Virus record (IMG/VR): IMGVR_UViG_3300033067_001375
Location: 3,519 to 67,518 of that record
Source of the DNA: a virus
Taxonomy: Duplodnaviria > Caudoviricetes
Reading direction: 5' to 3' (one strand)
DNA: 64,000 nt
Shown here: piece after piece, positions 18,201-26,514 of the stretch
How positions within the stretch are numbered: the first letter of the stretch is position 1
How the letters are laid out: each line of letters opens with the position of its first letter
Position numbers and translations under genes: made by a program
The notes under the pieces: model-generated
Database searches by the model: none
The model's input: the letters and a program-made list of their open reading frames with translations, nothing else
What the model was told of the DNA's origin: nothing

Positions 18201-20027
18201 GACTTCGCCGCGATGGTTGGTGCTCACATGGGCGCGGTCACGAAAGTTGGGTTGGCTAAGAGCAAGTTTGACAAGCTCGAAGCATTATCACAGATACCCA
18301 AAGCGCCAGTTGTAGAGCAACAAGCGGCTAAACCTGATCCGGTAGCGGCGGCCGTTGAGGCTGGTGACAGCAACGCGGCTATCAACGCAATCGTCAAGTC
18401 AAAGCTTGCTGGTCAATACGGCTTAGATGCCGATTATGAATTGAAAGATTCGCCTAAATATGCGCCTTATGCGTTGTCGCCTATTGCACAGAAGAAAGGT
18501 TACAAGGGGTTGCTTGACCTCAAGTATCACTTGCCCGATGCTGTTAGCGCATGGGCGGCGGCTAGTGACTTCACTCAGCAAGCCAAGATTCTTGACGCGT
18601 TGCCAAGTAAGGATAATTTCGATTTGGTTATGGCAACCGGCGGTAGCCCAAGTGAAACGTTTAACAAAAAGCTCGACGATATTTTCAGTGGTGGTTTCAA
18701 AGCGCAACCGGCTAGCGCGCCAGTTGCGCCAGTCACGCCACTACATGAGCCATTGGTTGAGCCTGATCACTGGCAAACCAAGCCTGAGGCGATGGCGGCA
18801 AACGTCACGATGGCAGTACCGCCGCCTCCGATCATCACAAGCCCGGCCAACCAGGACAAAGCCAAGCTCTTGGCTAAGTTGCATGAAGCGGCCAAGACTG
18901 GTGATATAGCAGCGGTGCACGCGATACCGGTCAACATGGATGCCAAAAATACTTATGCCAAAAAGGTAACGGCTTACAAGCTTGCAGTGTTGGCGGCGCT
19001 ATCGTCCGGTGGCGTTGTGGATCCGGCACACGTTACGCCTCCGTCAACGGCTCCGGTTGAAACTGCGCCTGAGGTACCCGGAACAAAGGCGGGGGCACTG
19101 CCTACGCTCACCAGCAAGGTAATCAAGGGCGTTATCAAGCCTGAGCTATTCCCGGCCGCCCCTGAGTTCGTGAGCTCCAACGCGGCCAACGTAGAGGCCA
19201 ACAACGCGATTGTGACCAAGGCACTCTCACTTGCGGCCGCCGGTGACATTGAGGGGCTTGACGCTCAGAGCGCAACGTTGCCACCAAGCAACAAGCTCAA
19301 GACGTGGCACGCGTCACTATTGAGCACGGTGAAAGATCAAACTCAACCGCAAGTGCAACTAGACGGCTCTTATGCTGACTTCACCAAGGCGATTGGCGCG
19401 CTACCGGCCAAGGGTGCTAAGAAGGTTGGCTACTGGGCGGTTGTTAAAGATTTGGGCGGCGTACCGGCCGGGCTTCCAACTGGTGAATACAAGAGCGCAG
19501 AGTATTCCTATCTGCAAGATCACAACCCGGTTTTGAACAAGGGTTTTGAAAACTACGGAAAGAAACTGGACGGCAATGAAGGGCAAGCGATTGTTTCCTA
19601 CACCAACGGATCCTATGACGGGATAAATTCGTGGTTGCGTCACGGTAAAGGTGATTCGAAGTACAAGGAAAAAGCCAAGCAAGCGGCGGCCGCGATGGCC
19701 AAGGCTTCGCATGAGTTGCCAGTTGGTCTAAAACTCAGCCGCAAACACGACGGAGATATGAGCTCACTCAAGGTTGGTGAGGTTGTTGCTGAGGGTGGTA
19801 TACTATCAACTTCTACGGATCCATCGACGTGGAGCGGTTCGAATCATTGGCATATCACGATTGGCCCCGGCTGCAAAGGTTTGTCAACTCACAAGTTTTC
19901 AAGCCACAAAACAGAGGATGAGATTTTACTACCGCCCAACACGCGTTTGCTCATCACTCATATTGCGCCAGGTGACTACGGAAGCGGCCGAAAGATTCAA
20001 GCGGTTATGTTGCCAACGGTCGACTAA
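15258..20027 (+). CDS. Lambda-type portal protein fused to kinase-like and ADP-ribosyltransferase domains
   Basis: Portal at about aa 1-500; HPRGSDGKF motif at about aa 594; kinase-like domain (YYVK, EVLA.KLY, WLNNWD, D.GGSL) at about aa 699-915; ART with R (LSRK), STS and EDE motifs at the C-terminus. Confidence 0.88.
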   Translation: MSVEIRLRELFGDVVSPDYTFDGTGVSWGWDRTGRGVYTKLYDRANGRYLPVFENELDLRALRQSAWLMAERVPMAKSIIHGLQNYTIASGFDYKITHSNPTVAQICTKVFKNWESNSKWTSHQERDSFAAEIVDGEFIAELCCDGPDVCLEPLEGDNLTEPLNTNDLDDYFEINGPTDWTFGVCTRENKFRPLRYHVVRNDTATDWDALKPCEIVHWTRNVPVKAKRGFGDFYICHRYLGHADKLAINTAIGTQTQAAIAYIVEHAEGARKDSVMNMLNGLRNVVPNAYDPVTGDPNIRTKKIVPGQRIDIPFGAKYHAGLLGSNASNIYIEVMEAMLRMVGTVRHFPEHMLTGYAGNNNMASSLVAESPFVQGRVAEQAVRSSRLKELIVKVLKKFFNSPWAKQRGYCWDDVEAGLEITISAPEIVSRDIGALTLALKSQMELGLLSKRTASQKLSLEFDAEQANIKSESAESGGGEVGADGQPVAPAGSGVLANSNRVQFKRARKNVAEIVNDFTSGATTRVQAEVLLSAQGFGPAEVEKLLNEQTPNVQESLVNRLTKRLILKRSKSLRESVPRKRFNVARLFEWDEYDHPRGSDGKFIGKMSGVDLSGWNPKHATAKWAINKIGKLEQFAKAGQWDMFESALSKPGGSTLNTYQKTVLKAQANLAKLKVDTVSAPPEGTTPKLEAPELIDGSGWKKVGSQLGSVQGGTYVAPDGTKYYVKHGDDPLQARNEVLASKLYQACGGNALDVDLVEINGKVGVCSKWDDSAQVIDWASSPDLKIEAAKDYALHAWLNNWDCVGHISDQTNIKAINGKPVLMDAGGSLESKATGGIKPFGTVPSTYNDLLKPGINQSTASVFGGMTPAQHVEAISKLENISDQDIADMVTKFGNKDTATATIKTLIARRDAILGMKESLQAAAAMSTDAVPAANTPEAKVRGPADGQLHKMFGLTPAHYDSELETFTPDGWGIIAKAKGYKDFAAMVGAHMGAVTKVGLAKSKFDKLEALSQIPKAPVVEQQAAKPDPVAAAVEAGDSNAAINAIVKSKLAGQYGLDADYELKDSPKYAPYALSPIAQKKGYKGLLDLKYHLPDAVSAWAAASDFTQQAKILDALPSKDNFDLVMATGGSPSETFNKKLDDIFSGGFKAQPASAPVAPVTPLHEPLVEPDHWQTKPEAMAANVTMAVPPPPIITSPANQDKAKLLAKLHEAAKTGDIAAVHAIPVNMDAKNTYAKKVTAYKLAVLAALSSGGVVDPAHVTPPSTAPVETAPEVPGTKAGALPTLTSKVIKGVIKPELFPAAPEFVSSNAANVEANNAIVTKALSLAAAGDIEGLDAQSATLPPSNKLKTWHASLLSTVKDQTQPQVQLDGSYADFTKAIGALPAKGAKKVGYWAVVKDLGGVPAGLPTGEYKSAEYSYLQDHNPVLNKGFENYGKKLDGNEGQAIVSYTNGSYDGINSWLRHGKGDSKYKEKAKQAAAAMAKASHELPVGLKLSRKHDGDMSSLKVGEVVAEGGILSTSTDPSTWSGSNHWHITIGPGCKGLSTHKFSSHKTEDEILLPPNTRLLITHIAPGDYGSGRKIQAVMLPTVD

Positions 20028-20055
20028 ACCGGTGCCAGTTGCGGCCTTGTTACCC
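20020..20055 (+). promoter_or_regulatory. Class A promoter-like motif
   Basis: TCGACTA-N17-GCCTTGTTACCC; followed by AGAAAGTG as at 7964. Confidence 0.55.
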
Positions 20056-20061
20056 TAGAAA

Positions 20062-20700
20062 GTGAAACCAAAAATGACTGAGATTGTTGATCGAACAGAT
20101 GGCACCAACGCTTCAAAGGGCCGCGATGAGGACGTGTTTTCGGTAGCCAAGAGCCGTGCGGTGACTGAGAGTTATCTTGGCAACGTTGCGGTTGTTCAAG
20201 CTCTATTGAGGGCAGAGATAGCCGATTTCATGCAAACGGCTGACAACCAGAATGCCAACGCGACGGCCGTCAAAGGCCGTGAGATAGCGTTACAGTTGAC
20301 TAAGATTTTTCTTGGCCAAGACGAAACGTTTGCAGGTGTTCCCGGCTGGAATGATCCCGGCCGAATTGACCGATACTTAGCCCCAAAGATCGGTTCAACT
20401 GAGTCTGACGCGGCGCGTGTGATCGAACAATGGGCCGTCCGGTTGCTGACTCAAGTTGTTCAGGTTGCCAACTTCGCGGCTCAAGAGGGCGTGCTTGATG
20501 AGCAATGGACCGGTGAGCTCGAATCAATCGTTGACGAAAATTGTCACCTGATCATGGGCATAGATTCAAGCTATGACGAAATGGTTGATGGTGACATTGA
20601 AATTGAGACGGCGCCGGCGATCAGCCAGCCAACGCCCGAATCAGTGAAAGCTCAGCGGCTTTACGATAGCCTGAAATCCTCTTGGAAAGATTACCCGTAA
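20062..20700 (+). CDS. Hypothetical protein in the head gene cluster
   Basis: 212-aa ORF between portal and MuF. Confidence 0.7.
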   Translation: MKPKMTEIVDRTDGTNASKGRDEDVFSVAKSRAVTESYLGNVAVVQALLRAEIADFMQTADNQNANATAVKGREIALQLTKIFLGQDETFAGVPGWNDPGRIDRYLAPKIGSTESDAARVIEQWAVRLLTQVVQVANFAAQEGVLDEQWTGELESIVDENCHLIMGIDSSYDEMVDGDIEIETAPAISQPTPESVKAQRLYDSLKSSWKDYP

Positions 20701-21350
20701 TGCCGGACGTCATTAAGCGGGCTCAAAAAGAAAAGCGGTTCGCGCGGGATATGGTTTCTGCGTGGACCGTTTTTGCTGCGCCAGCGCTTAAAGGCAAAGA
20801 GCCTGATTGGGACAAATTCGCGTCGGTAAGTGAGAAAGCGGCGCGTGAGCATATTGAAGCGCAGCGGCGGTTGGCAATCGTGTTGCTCTTTCTCATGTTT
20901 GCCGATGATATTAAGAGCGGTAAGCTGAGCGAAGATCCGGAGGAGTACGCCCGCCGGCTGGCCGAATATGAGGCCAACAGTAAGCGCCCCACGAAGTTGG
21001 GCCAACTCTTGGCCAAGACTTCACGCAACCGTTGGCGTGAGCTCAGAGAGCAACCTACACGTCAAGAGCTTGAGCAATGGGTTGAGGACAATCTATCGCT
21101 TGAGCGTGCGCTGGCCGTGAGCGCTACTGAGATAACTATGGCCAACACAAACGGCGAATTCAGGGCGCGTGACATACTGCGCAACCTGGGCGTGAGGCTT
21201 CGCGGTATCTGGCGTGCTGAGCCCGGCGCGTGTGAAGTGTGCGGAGATTTGAACGGCTCACCTGAGGTTATTTGGATCAGATACTTTCCTGGTGGGCCGC
21301 CGGATCCGCACACGTCTTGCCGGTGCCATATCGATTGGGTCAACGCCTAA
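20700..21350 (+). CDS. MuF / SPP1 gp7-like head morphogenesis protein (short form, no toxin extension)
   Basis: TE...A...W....ACEVCGDLNG...PPDPHTSCRC; TAATG coupling. Confidence 0.85.
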   Translation: MPDVIKRAQKEKRFARDMVSAWTVFAAPALKGKEPDWDKFASVSEKAAREHIEAQRRLAIVLLFLMFADDIKSGKLSEDPEEYARRLAEYEANSKRPTKLGQLLAKTSRNRWRELREQPTRQELEQWVEDNLSLERALAVSATEITMANTNGEFRARDILRNLGVRLRGIWRAEPGACEVCGDLNGSPEVIWIRYFPGGPPDPHTSCRCHIDWVNA

Positions 21351-21522
21351 CTAAGTCAATAAAGATCGAGCTCACGCCACTTCGGCTTAGGTTGTTTCTT
21401 TTGTTTCTTCGACGGCTTAACGTCTTGGCGTGACTCATCGTCTTGTTTGTGTAAACGTTTACAAACTCAACGGCGGCCAGCACGTACAAGGCGCCAAGTA
21501 AAAGTTTGGCAATTGGGCTCAT
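21340..21522 (-). CDS. Small hypothetical protein
   Basis: Signal-like N-terminus, basic C-terminus; contains palindrome copy 4. Confidence 0.45.
   Translation of the reverse strand: MSPIAKLLLGALYVLAAVEFVNVYTNKTMSHAKTLSRRRNKRNNLSRSGVSSIFIDLVRR
21450..21463. promoter_or_regulatory. 14-bp palindrome (copy 4)
   Basis: Perfect copy; 12 nt before an in-frame internal ATG on the minus strand. Confidence 0.8.
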
Positions 21523-21899
21523 ACGTTGCTTGGGCCGGGCTCAGTTTGCTCACCCCTCAGAACGCGACAATCAATGAGCTCACCCGTGCGAAGATCGTCC
21601 CAATTCTCAATGATATGCCGATGGGCCAGCGATAGTGTATTACTACCCCAAGTCTCAGGCATGTAATCGGTCTTGAGATTGGTCAACGTGGTAACGATGA
21701 TATGCCCGGTTTCGGGCGGCCAAGCTTGACGGGCAAGCAAACGTTTGACGCGGTCGTAATCGTCAACGTTTCGCGTGTAGTCAACCAGTGACAACGCCGG
21801 ATCATCATGCAACTCAAACGCCGGCTTGCCATCAAGCCGCGTAGCAAGGACAACGATGAACGTGCCGTGATCAACAATTTCAAAAACTTTGCTCAACAT
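21519..21899 (-). CDS. Hypothetical protein
   Basis: 126-aa ORF; palindrome 18 nt upstream on the minus strand. Confidence 0.7.
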   Translation of the reverse strand: MLSKVFEIVDHGTFIVVLATRLDGKPAFELHDDPALSLVDYTRNVDDYDRVKRLLARQAWPPETGHIIVTTLTNLKTDYMPETWGSNTLSLAHRHIIENWDDLRTGELIDCRVLRGEQTEPGPSNV

Positions 21900-21917
21900 T
21901 AGGCGCCAGCCTTTTTT

Positions 21918-21931
21918 TGTAAACGTTTACA
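21918..21931. promoter_or_regulatory. 14-bp palindrome (copy 5)
   Basis: Perfect copy at the junction of two minus-strand genes. Confidence 0.85.
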
Positions 21932-22382
21932 AGAAATACCGCCGCCGCTTAACGTTCGGGGCGTGGATTGGTAGGTCTAAATACTTGGCCAAGCTTACAA
22001 GCTCTGCCTTGGTTTTAGGGATCAAGTTGCCGAACAACTGCTCATCGCAACCGTCCGTGTCACGCACAAACCAAGCAAGCTTGCCGGTTTGTGTTTCGAT
22101 GACTAGCAAACGCCCCAATTGTAGATCACCGTCCTCATTGGAAGCAAAGCCGATAGCTTGCAACCAAGGCACGGTGACTGGATCATTTTTGACGACCAGC
22201 GCGTAGCACTCACTCAGAAAGAAACGCAAGCCAAGTGAGTACGCGCCATATGCAAGGCCAACGCCAAGCAAAACTTGCACTGAGCCGGTAGCCGTGAAGC
22301 AAGCTATGCCCGCAATAAAACAACCGGTTGCAACCGAATCGACGGCAGACGGAACTTGAATAATTCTGATTTGGTCTTTCAT
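21927..22382 (-). CDS. Hypothetical membrane protein
   Basis: Two N-terminal hydrophobic segments; GGGGAAG upstream. Confidence 0.7.
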   Translation of the reverse strand: MKDQIRIIQVPSAVDSVATGCFIAGIACFTATGSVQVLLGVGLAYGAYSLGLRFFLSECYALVVKNDPVTVPWLQAIGFASNEDGDLQLGRLLVIETQTGKLAWFVRDTDGCDEQLFGNLIPKTKAELVSLAKYLDLPIHAPNVKRRRYFL

Positions 22383-22464
22383 CGCTTCCCCAGGAATATG
22401 GTGAAAACTCTATAACACTTTAAGGGGCCTCCAAACGTTCTATTGGATTGGTTTGTATTTGACT

Positions 22465-22500
22465 ACAGAGCAAGGCCGAAATTCCAAAAAAGTTTGTCGG
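22465..22500 (-). promoter_or_regulatory. Class A promoter-like motif
   Basis: CCGACAA-N17-GCCTTGCTCTGT on the minus strand, pointing at the 3-gene minus cassette. Confidence 0.65.
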
Positions 22501-22505
22501 TGCGG

Positions 22506-22534
22506 TTTGCAAGTATGCAAACGCCAGAAAGAAT
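22506..22534 (+). promoter_or_regulatory. Class B (late-type) promoter-like motif
   Basis: TTTGCA-AGTATGCA...(17 nt)-AAGAAT; ATG 22542 lies near the expected +1. Confidence 0.55.
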
Positions 22535-22541
22535 GAGCAAC

Positions 22542-23675
22542 ATGAAAACCAAAGCACGCACTCACAACCAACGTTTGAGCGAATCGGTAACGCAAACCGG
22601 CAACTTCTCAGTTGACCGCGAGGCCGGTGTAATTCGTGGCGTTCGTGTGCTTGGCCTCAAGTCAAAGAACGGTCGGCGCTATCTCAAAGAAGCGGTAGCC
22701 GATGCCATACCGATGTATGAAGGCTCGAAGATTTTCATTGATCACACGTTGGTTGAGGGCGACCGGCCCGTGCGTGATCGGTGGGCTCAGCTTAAAAACG
22801 TTTCTCAGGATGAGGACGGCGGTTTGAGTGGTGACATTCACTTTCTCAAGAGCCATGCGCTAACGCCCGTGATCCTTGAGGCGATTGAGCGTTTTAGTGA
22901 CTTCGGGCTATCACACGATGCCAACGGCGAAGTGCGTAGCGAAAACGGTGTAGCCGTTGTGCACAAGATCAACCGCGTGCATAGCGTTGACTTGGTTAGC
23001 AACCCGGCGACAAACAAAAATTTACACGAAAGCGAAACCATGAAACGCAAGATCATCGAAGTGCTACGCGAAAACGCAAAGGTTTCCATTGCCGGCTATC
23101 TTGCTCAACGTTTGCAAGAAATGGATGGCATGGGCGATATGTCAATGGACATGCCTACTGAGGCCGCGAGCCCCGAAGATCAAGCAGATGCCGCTTTCAA
23201 GGCAATCGTGTTAGCAATTCTTGACGGCGAAGGCGATGCCAACGCGATGGTCGAGAAGATTCGCAAATTATTGGAAGTCAAATCCGAAATTTCGGGGGGT
23301 GGTGGTATGCCTAAAAAAGATAGCGGTGAGGCGATGGGCGCCGCCGCACAAGAGTCAATTGACAGGCTCAAGACTGAGCTTGACAAGTCAAATCAGACTA
23401 TCAATGAGCTCAAGGAATCATTGCAACGCAAAGATGACCGGGCGGCCGCAATCAAGCTGCTTGAATCGTCTGAGCGTGAAGTAACCGAATCGCGTATTGC
23501 GATCATCATGCGATTGCCTGAGGCTGACCGCAAAGGCTATGTGACCGACCTGCCAGTTGTTCGCAAGCGCCCCGAATCCAGCCCAAGCCGTATTGCAGAG
23601 TCAACCAAGGCCGATGAGGAAATCAAGGTTGAGACTCACGATTCGCTCAAAAAGTTGCTAGGCGTGGGCCGCTAG
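22542..23675 (+). CDS. Prohead protease-scaffold fusion
   Basis: SKNGRRY, IFIDH, GLSHDA and SVDLVSNPAT protease motifs, then an acidic coiled-coil scaffold; immediately upstream of the capsid genes. Confidence 0.88.
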   Translation: MKTKARTHNQRLSESVTQTGNFSVDREAGVIRGVRVLGLKSKNGRRYLKEAVADAIPMYEGSKIFIDHTLVEGDRPVRDRWAQLKNVSQDEDGGLSGDIHFLKSHALTPVILEAIERFSDFGLSHDANGEVRSENGVAVVHKINRVHSVDLVSNPATNKNLHESETMKRKIIEVLRENAKVSIAGYLAQRLQEMDGMGDMSMDMPTEAASPEDQADAAFKAIVLAILDGEGDANAMVEKIRKLLEVKSEISGGGGMPKKDSGEAMGAAAQESIDRLKTELDKSNQTINELKESLQRKDDRAAAIKLLESSEREVTESRIAIIMRLPEADRKGYVTDLPVVRKRPESSPSRIAESTKADEEIKVETHDSLKKLLGVGR

Positions 23676-23721
23676 GCCTCAACAAATTCAACAACGCGCA
23701 CACTGACAACCCACCCAATTT

Positions 23722-23735
23722 TGTAAACGTTTACT
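23722..23735. promoter_or_regulatory. Palindrome variant (13/14)
   Basis: TGTAAACGTTTACT, followed by GGAG and ATG 23754. Confidence 0.75.
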
Positions 23736-23753
23736 TTCTTCGGAGTTGATACC

Positions 23754-24470
23754 ATGCCTAAAGCACTGAATTTGCCAGAAGCGTACTACTACGCTGATCG
23801 GCAAGTGTGCGTTGTTGAGGATTTCGTTAGCGGCGTGCCTGCTACATGGACGGGCGTTGGAACGAGCGCAACGGCGGCCAGCGCTACGGATAAGGGCGGC
23901 GCGGTTTCGATTGTGACAACCACAACCGATAACAACGTTTCGAGCTTGATCCTAACTGCCAAGCCCATCATACCAGCGGTTGACGAGCCAATTCACTTTG
24001 CGGCCCGCATTCGGTTTGCTGAGGCAGCCACCAATCAAGCCAACTTGTACGTTGGTCTTAGCTCCAACGCGCCAGCAACGCAAATGCAAGCCAACGGCGC
24101 AGGCCCGGCGGCAAGCTATACCGGTTTCGGTTTCTTCAAGGTCGACGGTAATGTCAACTGGAAAGTGGAAGTCAGCAACGCGGCCGTCAAGTCAACGCAA
24201 GAGCTCAACGGGCAAGCCGTTGCATCGCTCACCCGTGCGGCCAAGGTTGCGGGCTCAGCCTCTTACCAGTTGCTTGAGATTGAGATTATTGCCAAGACTG
24301 CAACCAAGATGGATGTGAGTTTCAAGATCGACGGCGTGTGTGTGTTCAAGGTCACCGATTTTGTGTTCACTTCGATGGTTGCGGTTGGCCCGGTGTTTGT
24401 TTGTATGACCGGATCCACAACGGCCGAAACGCTGATTGTTGACTTGGCCAAATGGGCTCACGTTCGATAG
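23754..24470 (+). CDS. Putative head decoration / minor capsid protein (beta-rich)
   Basis: Lies between scaffold and MCP; predominantly beta-strand-like sequence. Confidence 0.55.
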   Translation: MPKALNLPEAYYYADRQVCVVEDFVSGVPATWTGVGTSATAASATDKGGAVSIVTTTTDNNVSSLILTAKPIIPAVDEPIHFAARIRFAEAATNQANLYVGLSSNAPATQMQANGAGPAASYTGFGFFKVDGNVNWKVEVSNAAVKSTQELNGQAVASLTRAAKVAGSASYQLLEIEIIAKTATKMDVSFKIDGVCVFKVTDFVFTSMVAVGPVFVCMTGSTTAETLIVDLAKWAHVR

Positions 24471-24545
24471 TTCACTGATCACAGTTTTGTTGGGTAGATA
24501 AGCGCCAACGTTTCCTTTCAACGGTTCCACGATTTAGAGGTAATT

Positions 24546-25700
24546 ATGTCCAATGCAATTCAACGGCGTCATAACGACTTGCGTCGGTTGCGTGAGTGCC
24601 GTCTGAGGGAAGGGCGGCGCGATTTGTTTGAGCGCGAAATGGCGGATTTATTCGCTGACCGCTCAGTAAGCTTGAGTGATTTTCACGTTCGCCCGATGTT
24701 CGAGGCTATGGTTGACGACGGCCATGAGCTAGTGAGCAATCACTACGCGCCGAATATGTCCGGCGGCTACCAAGTGCAAGAAGCAAGCGATGCCGTTTCA
24801 ACAAGTATGTTCCCCAATATTATGGGGCAGTATTTGTTCAACGCAATTTTGCGTGCCTATGAAGCGCCTGAGTTCATCGGTGATTCGCTGGTTAGCAAGA
24901 TGGGCACGATGTTGAGCGGGGAGAAGATCCCCGGCATTTCGCCGATCGGTGACCAAGTTGAAGTTGTCAACGAAGGTCAGCCATACCCCAACGCGGTGTT
25001 TGGTGAAAACTGGATTGAAACGCCTGAGACGATCAAACGCGGTTTGATTGTTGACGTGACCAAAGAGGCCGTGTTCTTTGATAAGACTGGCTTAGTGCTC
25101 AAGCGTGCTGGTGAAGTTGGTCAAGCCATCGGCCTAAACCGTGAAAAGCGAATCCTTGACGTTGTGCTTGGTTTGGTGTCAACCTACAAACGCAACGGCG
25201 GCGCAGTTGAAGCAACGTATCAGTCAGATAACACGGTAACCACAACGCCGCTGACCGATTACACAAGCCTTGACGCGGCCGATACCAAGTTTTCCGCGAT
25301 GCTTGATCCGGATACCGGCGAGCCAATCGTGCTGACGCCAAAGGTCTTGATCGTGCCACCAGCGCTACGCAATACGGCCAACCGTATCAAATCGGCGTTC
25401 ATGACGAATATAACCAACTCATCGCGTGAAACGCGTGTTGGTTCCAATTCGCTCAACTACGATTGGAAGATCATAACAAGCCCGTATGTCAAGCAGCGTA
25501 CAAGCTCAGATACGACTTGGTTCTACGGTGACTTTGACGGCGCGTTTGTGTATTCGGAAAATTGGCCAATGCGTGTTGAGCAAGAAAACGCTTCGAGCGC
25601 TCAAGCGTTTGATCGTGACATTGTGCAGCGTTACAAGGCCTCCGAACGTGGCGCCGCCGGCGTGTTTGAGCGCCGCAAGGTTCTCAAGGGCACTGCCTAA
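24546..25700 (+). CDS. Major capsid protein (HK97 fold, Mu gpT-like)
   Basis: QEA...STSMFP, KRG.I..VT.EA.F.D, PKVLIVPPAL and WFYGD motifs; size and position fit. Confidence 0.9.
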   Translation: MSNAIQRRHNDLRRLRECRLREGRRDLFEREMADLFADRSVSLSDFHVRPMFEAMVDDGHELVSNHYAPNMSGGYQVQEASDAVSTSMFPNIMGQYLFNAILRAYEAPEFIGDSLVSKMGTMLSGEKIPGISPIGDQVEVVNEGQPYPNAVFGENWIETPETIKRGLIVDVTKEAVFFDKTGLVLKRAGEVGQAIGLNREKRILDVVLGLVSTYKRNGGAVEATYQSDNTVTTTPLTDYTSLDAADTKFSAMLDPDTGEPIVLTPKVLIVPPALRNTANRIKSAFMTNITNSSRETRVGSNSLNYDWKIITSPYVKQRTSSDTTWFYGDFDGAFVYSENWPMRVEQENASSAQAFDRDIVQRYKASERGAAGVFERRKVLKGTA

Positions 25701-25742
25701 GCTTGCAAATTTTGTCCGCTATCGCCAAACTGTAAACACGTT

Positions 25743-25773
25743 GGGGCGGCGTTCAAGCGCCGCCCCTTTTTTT
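25743..25773 (+). terminator. Intrinsic terminator after MCP
   Basis: GGGGCGGCG-TTCAAG-CGCCGCCCC followed by T7. Confidence 0.9.
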
Positions 25774-25798
25774 GTCCAGCACAAAAAAGGGTTTACAG

Positions 25799-26500
25799 AT
25801 GTCAAACGGCAACGGGGGAAACGTGAGCAGAAATCAGCAACCTCAACCGGCTCGCGCTCAAGGCCAGCCACAAGGCCAGCCACAAGGCCAGCCTAACGCG
25901 TCAGCGCCTCAGGCGGCACAATCGTTGCAAGAGAACGCGAGCAACGCTCAGCAACTCACTGAGGCGGCCTCAGACGTGATTGACAAGGCCGCCCTCATCG
26001 CACGCCTTGAGCAAGCTGAGCAAGCTTTGGCGACGGCGGAGAAAGGCCGCATTGAGGCAGAGAAGCGGGCCGAGGAGGCAGATGCCGCGCGGCGTGAGGC
26101 CGAATCACTCAACGGCCGCCGACTGAGTGGCGAAGAAAAGCCGCTTTATATTCGCGGTGGAGTTTACAAGTTTCGCGTTGGCCCTCTCAAGCCATTGCCT
26201 GACTTTCCCCACCTTGTCAATAAAGAGGTTGAAACCGTCGATGAGAGTGAGGCTATTCGATGGTACTGCGCCAACCACGAAATGAAACCCGGCTCGAATC
26301 GACAAGTTGATCGTGAAAAGGTCAACGTTGTGGCAACGTGTTTGGAAAACAAGCGGCGCGGCGGAATAATCGCGCTCAAGAATCGGCTGGCTGCATTGCG
26401 CAACAAAGTCTTGGGCGGTGCTGTCCTCAATGCCGATGAGGAAAAGCTTGTCAAAGAGTTTGAGGCCGAAGTTTACGGTTACACTAACTTTGAAGATTAA
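25799..26500 (+). CDS. Hypothetical protein (Gln/Pro-rich N-terminus, coiled coil)
   Basis: ORF following the MCP terminator. Confidence 0.75.
   Translation: MSNGNGGNVSRNQQPQPARAQGQPQGQPQGQPNASAPQAAQSLQENASNAQQLTEAASDVIDKAALIARLEQAEQALATAEKGRIEAEKRAEEADAARREAESLNGRRLSGEEKPLYIRGGVYKFRVGPLKPLPDFPHLVNKEVETVDESEAIRWYCANHEMKPGSNRQVDREKVNVVATCLENKRRGGIIALKNRLAALRNKVLGGAVLNADEEKLVKEFEAEVYGYTNFED
25859..25894 (+). repeat. 12-bp tandem repeat CAAGGCCAGCCW x3 (QGQP)
   Basis: Seen directly; in frame within the coding sequence. Confidence 0.9.
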
Positions 26501-26514
26501 AGATTGATTCGATC

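Noticed and set aside
19835-19846. GGTTCGAATC T-loop-like sequence
   Set aside because: Lies inside the ART coding region with no acceptor or anticodon stems.
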